Source of the DNA: the human T2T-CHM13v2.0 reference genome, Homo sapiens | DNA length: 64,000 nt | Direction: 5' to 3' (one strand) | Assembly: GCF_009914755.1 (NCBI RefSeq) | Contig: NC_060941.1 | Part shown: piece by piece, positions 51,530-63,119 of the stretch | Position numbering within the stretch: position 1 is the first letter of the stretch | Layout: the number at the start of each line of letters is the position of its first letter | The notes under the pieces: model-generated | What the model was told of the DNA's origin: nothing | Seen by the model: the letters and a program-made list of their open reading frames with translations, nothing else | Databases searched by the model: none | Program-made: the position numbers and the translations under genes

Positions 51530-51569
51530 ACTTAAAGTATAATAATAAAAGAAAAAAATAAAATAAAAT
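51530..51569 (+). mobile_element. Ultra-short L1PA 3'-terminal insertion
   Basis: ACTTAAAGTATAATAATAAAA plus A tail; TSD AAAGTTTTCAA; TTTT/AAAA endonuclease site. Confidence 0.8.
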
Positions 51570-53069
51570 AAAGTTTTCAAGTAGTTAAGTGAAGAAGGCA
51601 TAACTGCAGAAACCTTCTCGTCACTTAAAGCTCAATAAGGGTTTTACTCACATAGTGAAATTGTCCCCAAAGGCCAGCACCTCAGACACCTTCCTTTCAC
51701 TTTGTAAAGCGCAACAGAACCCCCGCTTCCACACAGGCTGCTAAATCTTCAAATCAGCTTCCGATGGGCGCCGAAGACCACCACAGCCCACATGCTGAAG
51801 AACCAAAGCGGCTGCACCAATGCCTAAAAAAGCATCCAGCAGGCACTGAATATTTGTAGAATTAAGGTAAGAGGAAGTCCATAGGCAAATGATTGGAAAT
51901 ACATCTATCATTAGAGAAGGAACACTCCATGGCTAGCTCAAAAAGCATGCCCTGAAATCCCCACTCAATCATCAGAAGGGACTGCTGGGCGGGCGGGCAT
52001 GGTCTTTCCTGGCCTATCCTACTGGGACTTCCCAGTCCAGCAAACACCAAAAAGAAGTAAATTGCTAAAGTAAAATGACCACTTTTGAAGCAAAGGAGGT
52101 AAGTCTGTAAATCATTAAAACTGGACCCTAACAATCGGCATCTTCCAAACCTTGGGGGAGCCTCACAGACCTGGGGGTCGGAAGGTCTGGTTGATTTCTG
52201 CAGCTCCAGAACTGCAGTCCCTTGGTCAAACCCCTAAACGAAGCCACATCTGTTTATCACATACAAAGGCACCTGGTTTCCAAGACGTCCATGCAAAAAC
52301 CTGTACCAACAGACCAAATATGGGAGGAGATGATGATGATTCACATTACAAAAAGAATTCTTGGGCAGAAACTTGCCACTTCAGCATTCTTCTAGGTTGC
52401 ACGATTCCTCCGGGCCTTTTGAATATCATGTGATCAACCAAGATTGGTTTTGTATAGATGTTTTTCTAGGCACAGGCCTCGTCTGTAAGGCAGGAACACC
52501 ACCAGCTGACTTTGAACAAGGGGTCTTTCGCCAATGGCATAATTGAAAACAATTCATCCAGGATCATTCCTGTCCTCTTGTGAAGTGAGCTGGGTGCATC
52601 AATCACATGAACAGGGGATGCTAACTTGGTGTGGAGGACCCCAACCAGCTCCATGATGACAGTGACATTGTCTAGAACAATGGTGGCCACAGACAGAAGC
52701 AGCAGTGGTCTGTGTGGGTACACAAACAAATGTGCCAGGATGCTGCCTGGTCAGGGACACGTTCCAAGCTCCCAAAGAGCTTGCCTACCTGAGGGGAGAA
52801 AATGCCCAGAGCTGTAGTTCCTTTATCATTCACCCAAATGCAGCCACTCCTGTCTTAACCAAGTATAAAGGGCATCTGACTTCAAGGCTCCTAAGTAAAA
52901 ACCTGTACCAACAAACCAAACAAGTACATGCGGGGGCCCAGACCAGTGGAGGTAAACCAGAAAGGCTTCCTGGAGGAGGAGAAAGAAAAAAACACTGTGG
53001 TTGGGTAAGCTTCAGTGGGAAAATGTTCAATTAAGGCTTTATCTGGCCAAGAAGTCAGTCAACTTCCTG

Positions 53070-53235
53070 TTTTCTTAAAGTGCCTGTGTCAGAATGGCCT
53101 GGGTGGCTTGTTGAAAATGCAGACCCCCAAGCACTGAAGGTGAGGGGCTGGACGGGGGTGGGTGCTGAGAATATTCATTTATAACGCGTTCCGCAAGCAA
53201 TTCATTCTTATGCAAACCACAATTTGAACACCAGG
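53070..53235. mobile_element. MER5-like
   Basis: cttgttgaaaatgcaga...tttgaacacca. Confidence 0.55.
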
Positions 53236-54519
53236 GGACAGGTGGGGCAGTCCTAAAGTGAACAGTCTGCACTGCACTGGAGTAGATTCTAGAAAAGCTG
53301 CAGCGTCTGAGTAGGGAGGACCCACCAGGAGACGCTGAGGACAGGGACAGGCAGGTGTAGACAGAGGTGCCTTCCAGAACTGTTTAGTCACAACAGCCGC
53401 AACCCCTCTCCCCGCGAGACTTCCTGTTATGATCCTCACTGGAGCTGGCTAGTTACAGAAAACGTCTGTACCAGTTCACAAGGAGAGAGAAAGACATGAA
53501 TATCCTTCAGTTTACAAGCTACAGTAGGAAGGTTGGGAGCATTTCAAAAAGGAAAAGAAAAATCAAGTCTAGGCAACCAGACCCTAACATTAACACAGAA
53601 ACTCTGTCTGGACAACAGAAATCTGTTTTGTTGAGATTTAAGTAACGTCAAAACTTCCTTATCCCAAACAAACATCGCCTTCGCTCAATGCAGGCAACCA
53701 CTCCAAGTCAGAAAAGACACAGTGATACTCAAAGCAGACAGCCTCAATTCACGTGTGCGTTACTGGCTGACCATGCGGTCTCTTTATTGTAAGGACAGGA
53801 GAAGGGCCCCTTTCCTGGGTTTCTTCAAATTCACACAAGTGGACTCTTATGCAAAGATCCTGGGCTAGCCTCCATCCATATCAGCCACCTCCAAAAATCC
53901 CTTCGGGCTAGCTCTCCTCACCCCAAATCTTCTCCTGGAAGAAAGTCCCCTAAAGAAAAGGAGAATCACTTCCTAACCCAAAATTGCTTAACAATACCCT
54001 AAATCCATTTTGAGTTCAGAGCAGAAATCCGTGTTCCTTCCAATCTGCTCAGATAACCAGGAAATGCTGTACCTGCTGGGTCTGCACGTTTAGCTCCCGA
54101 CACACCTGCTACTCCAGCCGGCATGAGTCACCCACGCAGGCATTGCACGGTGTACTTGTCAACCACGGATTCAGTGGCTCAGCAGCTTGCTCTCACGCAC
54201 ACCAGATGGCAAACGTCTACCCCCAAAAAGACGTGTCAGGGCAGACCGGCTAATAACCCAATTTCACTCAATGACACATTCCCACTGTAGGTTTGGGGAG
54301 AGGAAAGGAGGGAGGGGGTACACAGAGATGCTTTCCCCACTTATGGGCAAGCTCCCATAGGCCCTGGAAGCCTGATACGGCTCTGCTACCGTCAGTAGAG
54401 GAAGGGCAAATTCACCTGGGGAGGAAAATGAAAATGACGTCCCAATTTCAAACCTCCTCCTGAACAAAGGCTGTCTTCTCTACCCCTCTGGGTTCCCACT
54501 TTTTACAAGGTCCCATTAC

Positions 54520-54775
54520 AGGATCCCAAATTGGACCCTGGACCAGAAAAAGGACATGAGTGGGACAAATGGATAAATTTGAATGAGGCCTGTAGACTAG
54601 TTAAACGTGTTGTGTCAGTGCCAGTATCCCAGGTCTGATCATTGCACCATGGATATATCAGATGTTAGCATTTGGGGAAGCAGGGTAAAGGATATAGTGG
54701 AACCCTTGGCATTATTTTTGCAACTCCTGTAAATCTAGATTTATATCAAAATCAAAAGTTAAGTTTTTAAAAAAG
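54520..54775 (+). mobile_element. L1MC/L1ME 3' end
   Basis: ccctggaccagaaaaaggacat...tatttttgcaact...tgtaaatcta. Confidence 0.7.
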
Positions 54776-54842
54776 ACAGCATGTTAAATCTAGCTGCCTG
54801 ATATATCTTACTTTATGGTATTGCTAAAAAAAAATTTACATC

Positions 54843-55144
54843 GGCCGGGTGCAGTGGCCCACGCCTGTAATCCCAGCACTTTGGGAGGCTGAGGCGGGCG
54901 GATCACGAGGTCAGGAGATCGAGACCATCCTGGCTAACAAGGTGAAACCCCATCTCTACTAAAAATACAAAAAATTAGCCCGGCGAGGTGGCGGGCGCCT
55001 GTAGCCCCAGCTACTCGGGAGGCTGAGGCAGGAGAATGGCGTGAATCCCGCGGGGCGGAGCCTGCAATGAGCCGAGATCGCGCCACTGCACTCCAGCCTG
55101 GGCGACAGCGAGACTCCGTCTCAAAAAAAAAAAAAAAAAAAAAA
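54843..55144 (+). mobile_element. AluY (Ye-like)
   Basis: TSD AAAATTTACATC; ggcgaggtggcg, ggggcggagcctgca, cgacagcgagac. Confidence 0.93.
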
Positions 55145-57200
55145 TTTACATCATAATCCTGATGACAAATTTTAAGTTATTCTCATACCAATGCTGATCA
55201 ACTCTTTGATACAAAAAGAAACAAAACAAAACACTTCATTCCCTCAGCAGCCATTCACTCTGTGCCCCTTCTGCGTCCCCGCTCCAAGATGCAGTATTAT
55301 CTGATGGGTAAGTGGTATCTTTTCCTCTAAGCCCATCTCGGCAATATCCAGAAATAGAGTTATTCCTTTGCTTTAGACATAACTCTAACTTAAAGCAAAT
55401 ATAGCAATTTCTGGGAATTTTCCAAAGAAAATAATACAAAATGTGGATAAATCTTTATGTACAAAAGATGCTCACTGTATTACTTCTAATGGTAAAACTT
55501 TGGAAACAACTTAGTATCCAACAATAGGGAAATTGCCAAGCCAATTATGAGTCAACGCCTGCAGCAGAATACAGTTACCATGCCGTCATGACATGGGGGA
55601 AACGTTCAAATAAAATTACACAAAAAAAGAGGAGGAGAAAAAGTTGTATACATTGCAGGATTTCACCAGTGAGGAAATATATCAAATTGCCAGCATTACT
55701 GTGTGAATTGGATGTTTTTCCTGCTTTGGGCACTTTTGTGTAGTTTTCTATAAAAGAAAGAGAAAGAGCATGGATTACTTTTTAAAATCAGACAGGGAGG
55801 AGGAGTGGTGGGGTTGGTTATCAGTTTGCCTGGCGGTTTCAACCTTTCCTCTCCCGGAGTCAGTCTAAGCACAGAACTGGGGTGGGGGCAGAGGGTGGGG
55901 AAGGGCCGCAGGTAAGGTGCTGTGTCAACCTGGGCAGTTCCAAACCCTGCATGGGACCAGGGGCACCGAGGGCCCCAGCTCCCAGGGTAGGGGGTCGTGC
56001 CACTATGCACTGCCTTTTCTTCTTCCGGTGCTGCTTTACTTTCTCTTGCTCCTGGAGCAGTGCTCACTGGAGACGCTGGGACCCTGAGCACTGACCAAGA
56101 GTGATCCCTGACAGCGTCAGATTCCTATGCAGAAGGGACTGCTGGGTGGGAAATGGATCACCGACAGGTTCTAAATGCGAACCCACAGGCTGCAGGAGAG
56201 GGGTGAGGGGCGAAGGAGGGAATCCCACCTCTGGGAAAGCATCCTCAGGAAACCTAGATAGGTCCTGGAGGTGAGGACAATCGCCAAGGAGGGAGAAGGA
56301 AAAGGAGGACCCTGGTTAATCTGCACGCCAAGGGTGGAGTCGCTCAGTCATTCATTCAACAAACATCTATTCAGTGCCTACTCAGTGACAGGCATCGCGC
56401 TGCCCCCAAACAGGGCAGACACAAAAGAACAAGGGGAGGAGGAAGCTATGGATACAGAAGCGGTATGCTTTCAGTTCCAGACTCAAGACGTAAGCCCTCT
56501 CCCCACATTGGCCAAGAAACGACTTCCATTAGCAAGTTGCGCCGGAAAGGGGAGGTGGCGGGTGGTCTCACTGGACTGAATTCCTGCCACCTCCCACCTA
56601 TTCAGAAAGCCCGTCCACACCCTGGCCAAACGCGTACCAGCGTCAGCCTGACGGGTGGCCCAGTCCTCGCCGGAAAGCTGCTTGCCAAACGCCCCCGCTC
56701 ACCCCCTAGCCCCAACGGTGAGAGGGGCTCGGCTGAGTCGCGTTCTCCAACCGCTGCGCCCCAGCAGCGTCCCCGGTCGCCAGTGGGCGGACGCCAGGAG
56801 CTCACGGAGGCGGCACCGCTCCCGAAGTAACGGAGCCCGGAGGGCGCCCAGGCGTTAAGGCAAGTGCAAGGGGCCGAGCGGGTGCGCCGAGGACGCGGGG
56901 GCGTCTCCCCCAGCTGAGGTTCGGTCCCTCCAGGCAGCCAAGGCTTGGCAGCGCTAGAGGCTGAAGGACAACGGCCGAGAACGCCCAGGATGGGGTGGTC
57001 GCTGACCACCGTGTCCCAGGTGAATCAGCTCCGCTTGGAGGCAGGGGGATGACTAAAATGACCTCCAAGAAGATGTCAATTACAAGAACAAAAATTTCAA
57101 CCCGGAATCTCGAGACCTTCGAAAAACGACGCGGAGGAAAAAAGGAAAGAAAGAAAAGAAAGTAAATCAGATCCCTTCCCCGAACCGCAGGGAAACTTAC

Positions 57201-57805
57201 CTCCAGCTTGGCGACCCAGCTGTTAAGCAGAACAAATCAATCCACGGATGGAGAAGAGGTCGTGGGTCTTCTGAGCCCAGCTGATACACACCAAGTAATC
57301 CACGTTAAGGGGTCCGCAGCCCCCCACCCAATTCCCCACTTTCCATCCAAGGCCAAAGAGCAGCCAGACCCTGTCCTCTGCGCTCCAGACTCGCGGAGGT
57401 CGCGGGCGGGGGTCCTCAGGCGGCCGCCTTCTCGTCCCCAGGGGTGGGCGCGCGACGCGGGCAGGGACCGGGCGCCCGGAGGACCAAGCGAGCGCATCCC
57501 GCCTACTCGTGCTGGGACATCACCCAGCCTGGACGCCGCTCCTCGCCTTTCTTCCCCGCGCATCGCCAGCGCCAACCAAAGATCCCCGCCGGGAAAGCCT
57601 CTCTGCCAAGCTGGAAAGCGCTGAAGGCGGATCGTCTCTCAGACTTGGGTTTGCAGGTTCACAAGGCCCGGGAGGCTTACGGTGGGCGCCTGCCTAACAG
57701 AGGGTCCTTGCGGAGAAGCGCAGAACGACAAATGCCAGAGGCGGTGACCGCGTCCTCTGGATACCAGCGCCGCACCGCGCACCCGCGCCGCCTGCGCGCC
57801 CTGCA
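57201..57805 (-). ncRNA. LINC00673: Exon 1 of LINC00673 (SLNCR; overlaps LINC00511 gene models); TSS approximate
   Basis: TATA (TATATAAG, minus) at 57826-57833 predicts a TSS near 57803-57806. Strong donor GAG|GTAAGT at 57201/57200. Lies in a CpG island. Exon sequence recognised from memory as the LINC00673/SLNCR1 5' end, and the internal 108-codon ORF matches the reported RASON length. Confidence 0.85.
57237..57563 (-). CDS. 108-aa lncRNA-encoded micro-protein, matches RASON (MRGEERRGAASRLG...PTTSSPSVD)
   Basis: The ORF track's 112-aa ORF starts at TTG; the ATG at 57563 gives exactly 108 aa, with TGA at 57239-57237. It is the first AUG after the predicted TSS, context GCGATGC (G at -3). Name assigned from recalled literature (108-aa product of LINC00673), not from a database search. 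Confidence 0.75.
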   Translation of the reverse strand: MRGEERRGAASRLGDVPARVGGMRSLGPPGARSLPASRAHPWGREGGRLRTPARDLRESGAQRTGSGCSLALDGKWGIGWGAADPLTWITWCVSAGLRRPTTSSPSVD

Positions 57806-57825
57806 GTCGGCTGGGCCATTCGGCC

Positions 57826-57833
57826 CTTATATA
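57826..57833 (-). promoter_or_regulatory. TATA box
   Basis: Minus strand GGTATATAAGGG inside GC-rich sequence, just downstream of GC boxes. Confidence 0.8.
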
Positions 57834-57855
57834 CCAGGCGGACCCGCGCCGGGAC

Positions 57856-57889
57856 GGGGCGGAGCGGGGTGGGCGGGGAGGGGGTGGGG
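57856..57889. promoter_or_regulatory. GC boxes (Sp/KLF) and G-quadruplex motif
   Basis: GGGGCGGAG, GGGCGGGG and GGGGTGGGG; five G-tracts with 1-nt loops at 57866-57889. Confidence 0.7.
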
Positions 57890-57906
57890 AAGGCCGAACG
57901 GCTTCC

Positions 57907-57919
57907 TGGGAGTCGTAGT
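57907..57919 (-). promoter_or_regulatory. ACTAYRnnnCCCR (ZNF143/THAP11-associated) promoter motif
   Basis: Minus strand ACTACGACTCCCA, ~100 bp upstream of the TSS. Confidence 0.7.
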
Positions 57920-58164
57920 TCGGCTACGTAGTCCTGTCGTAGTCAGAACAAAAGCTAAACAAGGATGGAAATGGTTAGGGTTTGCCCACCACAGCTGTCC
58001 TCCCTTGCGCCCTTCCTTCACAGACAAAGCTGGCATTCCAGTCCTATTGTCAATGCCGCTAGGTCTATTCTGGCCTTTGTGCATAAGGTGGGTCACACCA
58101 GCCCCGAATGCCGCCCAGGATGACAAACCTTGGTAGCCCTAGAGTCAGGTTATCCCAGCTGGGC

Positions 58165-58606
58165 CCCACTTCTGGAGACCAGAGGTCCGAAATCAAGGGG
58201 TTAGCGGGGTTGCTTGCTTCTAGGGGCAGTGAGGGAGAATCTGTCCCGGGCCTCTCTGAGACCTGGTGGTCATTGGCTATCTTAGGCGTTCCTTATCTTA
58301 GGCGTTCCTTGGCTTGCAACTGCCTTACCTTCATCCTCCACCTTTTACACGGTCTTCTCCGTGTATCTTTTCACATAGTTTTCCCTCTGCGTGAATCTCT
58401 GTCTCTTCACACTGTGGTGTTTCCACAAGGATGCCAGTCATATTGGATAAGGGGCCCACCCTGATCCAGTACGACCTCATCATTAACCAATGACATCTGC
58501 AACGACCCTATTTCCAAATAAGGTTACATTCTTGGAGGTCCTGAAGATTAGGACTGCAATATATTAATATTTTGGAGTTGTAGGGGGAAAAGTTCAACCC
58601 CTAACA
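58165..58606 (-). mobile_element. MLT1 (B/C-like) LTR immediately upstream of the promoter
   Basis: gaccctatttccaaataaggttacattc...ttcaacccctaaca. Confidence 0.8.
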
Positions 58607-58817
58607 GGTCTTCTATGCCTTGTTGCACCTATTAACAGCCATTGTGACTAACCAACCCTTTTGATAAAAGCAAGCCCTGAGAAGCAAGATGAAATCACAA
58701 AATCACTGAGGCTGTGACAGGAGGGGAAGCCAAGAACATTGGAATCTCCTGGGCCAGGTTTTCCTGTGGCCACGGTGGGATTGCTGGAGAGGAAATGGTC
58801 AGAAAAAGAAGGCATCA

Positions 58818-59090
<273 letters not shown>

Positions 59091-59819
59091 GGCATTAGTA
59101 TTGAAAGTAACAGGAGGCACCTGGGTAAATGGGGTTGGGGAGGGGAGAAGATAGACAGGGCATTCCTAGATGCCCCTGAAGCACAGACTTGATTTTCCAC
59201 CTGCCACTGTGCCCAAGTTTCCCCCCATTCAAGTCCCAGGCTATGGACAAGCTCAGGTCTGGCCCTGGAATCCTGGCTCTCACCTGGCGCTGACATTCCC
59301 GGAGAGTCAGTGGCAGTGCAGGGTCTGGATTGGCCACCATTTCCACTCTGAACTCACAATCAACTCCTCTCTTGCTTCCAGGTAAGAGAAAAACTGAGGC
59401 CAAGATGAATGTCAAAGGCAGGGATATCCGAACTCCCTAAACCCTCCCCTACAGGATATTGAGGATAACGCAGCTTTGCTGCTAGGAGCCGCCTGACCTT
59501 CTCCCCACTTTCCAGAACACGGGCTGCATATTCCTAGCATACGAAAGGGCATCCAGTCGTCTCAAAATGGTATCAGTGCCTCTTGCTGACTATGCATGGT
59601 TATTGTTTTCTCCTGCGTTATAATTCATTCTAGTCCTCAGTCTTCTTAAATTTCTGCACACCAAACATTAGTCACTTGAATAATTAGAAAAATATAGAAA
59701 TTAATTTTAACTCATCATTTATTTCTTCTCATTGCTGTGAGATTGATTTTCCCCAGGTAAAGCTGGAATCATGTCTCTTCCTTGCTCCTAAAACATCCAG
59801 AGAGGTATAAACCCATGTT

Positions 59820-61210
59820 TAGCATAACATAGAGATGACAGATACAAACATACATACATACATAGCTAGATAGAGGTAAAAATAAGAATTGTATGTGTAC
59901 ATGCATTAGCATACACACACATATATCTCCTTTCTCTCTCTGCTAAGAGGGTCCAGAAGCAATGGCAGCCCAGTAGCAATGAGCACTGGATCTAAGCGAT
60001 CATTTAGCACCTAGGTTTGTTTTTATACTATTGTCCAACAGAAGGAACCAGAGCTCATTGGAGAAACAGCTGATTCTAGGACTGGGGCAGGAAATATGCA
60101 AGATGAGCCTGGAGCACCTCGTAGTGTCAGAAAGTAAGAAAGTGCTAAAACACACTGACACACAAGCATACACACCATACAATGGTGGGGCCACGAGAGA
60201 AGGACATAGAAACCAACTGAAAGAGCTCTTAATCGCCAAAGTGGGGGAACCATTTGAACAACAACTTAAGTAAAGTGGTATTAGATTATAACCAAAGTAA
60301 TAAAAAAATTCATGAGTTCATATTGATATAATTAGGTGATTGGAAAAATAAATACACAGAGGAAAAGAAATCTGTGCAGAAGAATTTCAAAAAATGTATG
60401 TAAATACACTGCCCTCCAGGAAGTGGAGTATAACTCCCCATTTCTTAAGCGTTGGCTGCACACAGTGACCCCAACTGAGAGATGGTCTACAAAACACCTC
60501 ATCAATAACCCTCAAAACTGTCAAGTTCGCCAAAACCCAGGAGAGTCTGAGAAACTGTCACAGCTCAGAGAAGGCTGAGGCTTGATGACTGAACGTGGTC
60601 TTCTGGATGGAATCCTGGACCAGAAAAGGGACATTAGGTAAAACTAAGGAAATCTGATAAAGTGTGGGACTTTAGTCAATAGTAATGTACCAATATTGAT
60701 TCATAATTGTTACAAATGTGCCATGTTAATGTAAGATGTAATAATAAGGGAAATTGAGTGTGGTTGTATTAGTTTGTTCTCACGCTGCTGATAAAGACAT
60801 ACCCAAGACTGGGTAATTTATAAAGAAAAGGAGGTTTAATGGACTCACAGTTCCATGTGGCTGGGGAGGCCTCACAATCATGGTGGAAGGCAAAGGAGGA
60901 GCAAGATCATGTCTTACATGGTGGCAGCAAGAAAAAATGAGAGCCAAGCGGAAGAGAAAACCCCTTACAAAACCATCAGAGACTTATTCACTACCAGGAG
61001 GACAGTATGGGGGAAACCACCCCCATGATTCAATTATCTCCTACTGGGTCACTCCCACAACACGTGGGAATTATGGGAGCTACAGTTCAAGATGAGATTT
61101 GGGTGGGGACACAGCCAAACCATATCAGTGGGTATATGGGAACTCTCTGTACTATTTTTGCAATGGCTCTGTAAATCTATTCTAAAATTGAGATGTTATT
61201 TTAAAAGTTA
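59820..61210 (+). mobile_element. L1MC/L1MD 3' region interrupted by THE1
   Basis: Old L1M 3'UTR text. Confidence 0.7.
60765..61127 (-). mobile_element. THE1 solo LTR
   Basis: Canonical termini; near-TSD GTGGT/GTGGG. Confidence 0.92.
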
Positions 61211-61303
61211 CATATGTATTTAATATAAATATGCATATATATGGTGATAAAAATAATTGCAATATCAACCCTCTCTCGTGTATCAAATTTTCTCCTTTTT
61301 TGA

Positions 61304-61670
<367 letters not shown>

Positions 61671-63083
61671 CAGGCAAAGCCCATTCATTTCTTACACCTT
61701 ATTTGGAACTTCTCTCACTTTGTCTTCTTCAAGAGTTTTTAACTATTCATAGACCTCTACATTTACAATTAAATTTAAAATGAGCATATTACATTTCAGG
61801 TGAAAATAAATGAAAATTGCGGAGGAAAAATAACTTCAGAAGCCCCTCGTTGCCCACAAATTCACATATAAACTCAACAGCCTGGCATCAATGCCTTCTG
61901 CAGCCTAACCTTAATCTACTTTTTCAATCTTTTCTCCTGTGCTCCCCAACAACCCCTGTCCTGTGCTCCAGGAAAACTGGAATATTTAATATTTCCAAAA
62001 AGACCTCAATTCCTCTAGTCCTCACTGTGGCTTCCAGAGCCTCCTCTATCCAGAAGGCCCTTTGCCTCTGCTTATGGAGTTTTGTACTCTTCCTCTATCT
62101 GCTTTTTGGGGGCAGCTCACACACCACCTCTTCCATGAAGACTTCCCAGATCCCCAGTAACTGAGAGAACTCCATTAAACCACCAAGCACTCTGAGTCCC
62201 TTTCTAAAGTAAGTTTCTTGAGGTCTTCCATTTTATTCCCCTTTGTCACGATCCTCCCGTCTCCACCATTTAAAGTATTGCACATAGTTGAGGCTTATTA
62301 GGTATTTTGAAATTAACTATGGCACTTGGATCAGAGTTCTTGGTGCCAGCATACACTTGTCTTCACGGGTAGGACCAATACCATCATAGGTGCTGGTCTT
62401 TTCAGAGAGCTTGCTGGGTGCCAGACACTGTCCTGAACCTTTACAATGTATCTCATCATATAATCTCCCAAGAAGCCAACAGTAGGTACTATGATTAACT
62501 CTATTTTAGAAACAAAGAAATCGAAACTGAGAGCAATGAAGCACCTTGCTTAATGTTGCAGACGAAATAGAAAGGCCAGGGTAAAAATGCAGACTCCTCT
62601 CTCAGAAACTTCATCCTACTCCACAGTTTCAGTTAACGTGTCTATAAATTTCCCAGCAGCAAGGACTGGATCTTTTTACATTGTTGTACCCGCTGCACAG
62701 AGGATTGTTCCAGGAAGAGTAAATGCTCTGCACAAGCTGATGTAAGAATGTGGCTGAACAGGTGTAAAGCACCCAGCACACTGCCTTGCCCATTACAGGC
62801 ACTAAATAAATGTTAGGGATCTTAGTAAGCCTACCTGTTCTGCTGTCCTTCCTTCTGCCCCCTCCCTACCCTGCCTGGGCTCTTCCATTGCCCATCCCAC
62901 TCCCCCATGTGTGAAAGGTGTGGCTTAGGTATTGGATAGAGCCGATAGAGAATCTTTCCACCATCACAGAACATTCTATTGGACAGGACTGCAACAGCAG
63001 CATCGCCTGAGACTTCATTAAAAATGGAAGACTTCATACTGTCCACCGAGCATCAGAATCTGCACCTGCTGATGCACATTATT

Positions 63084-63089
63084 TTTATT
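63084..63089 (-). terminator. Candidate poly(A) signal of an upstream minus-strand transcript (LINC00511 3' end?)
   Basis: AATAAA on the minus strand ~5.3 kb upstream of the TSS. My recollection is that LINC00511 ends a few kb upstream of LINC00673; unverified. Confidence 0.3.
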
Positions 63090-63119
63090 CTTAATTTTGC
63101 AAGTGGATATAAATATACA

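Larger units (their letters stand above)
56600..57950. promoter_or_regulatory. CpG island covering the promoter, exon 1 and the start of intron 1
   Basis: Very high GC and CpG density compared with the flanks. Confidence 0.9.

Noticed and set aside
52270-52709. Possible minus-strand exon / 87-aa ORF
   Set aside because: Acceptor plausible but donor weak (CAG|GTGCCT); ORF unrecognised; insufficient support.
57444-58136. 230-aa plus-strand ORF across the promoter
   Set aside because: GTG start, GC-rich stop-poor sequence, spans the core promoter antisense, no recognisable domain.
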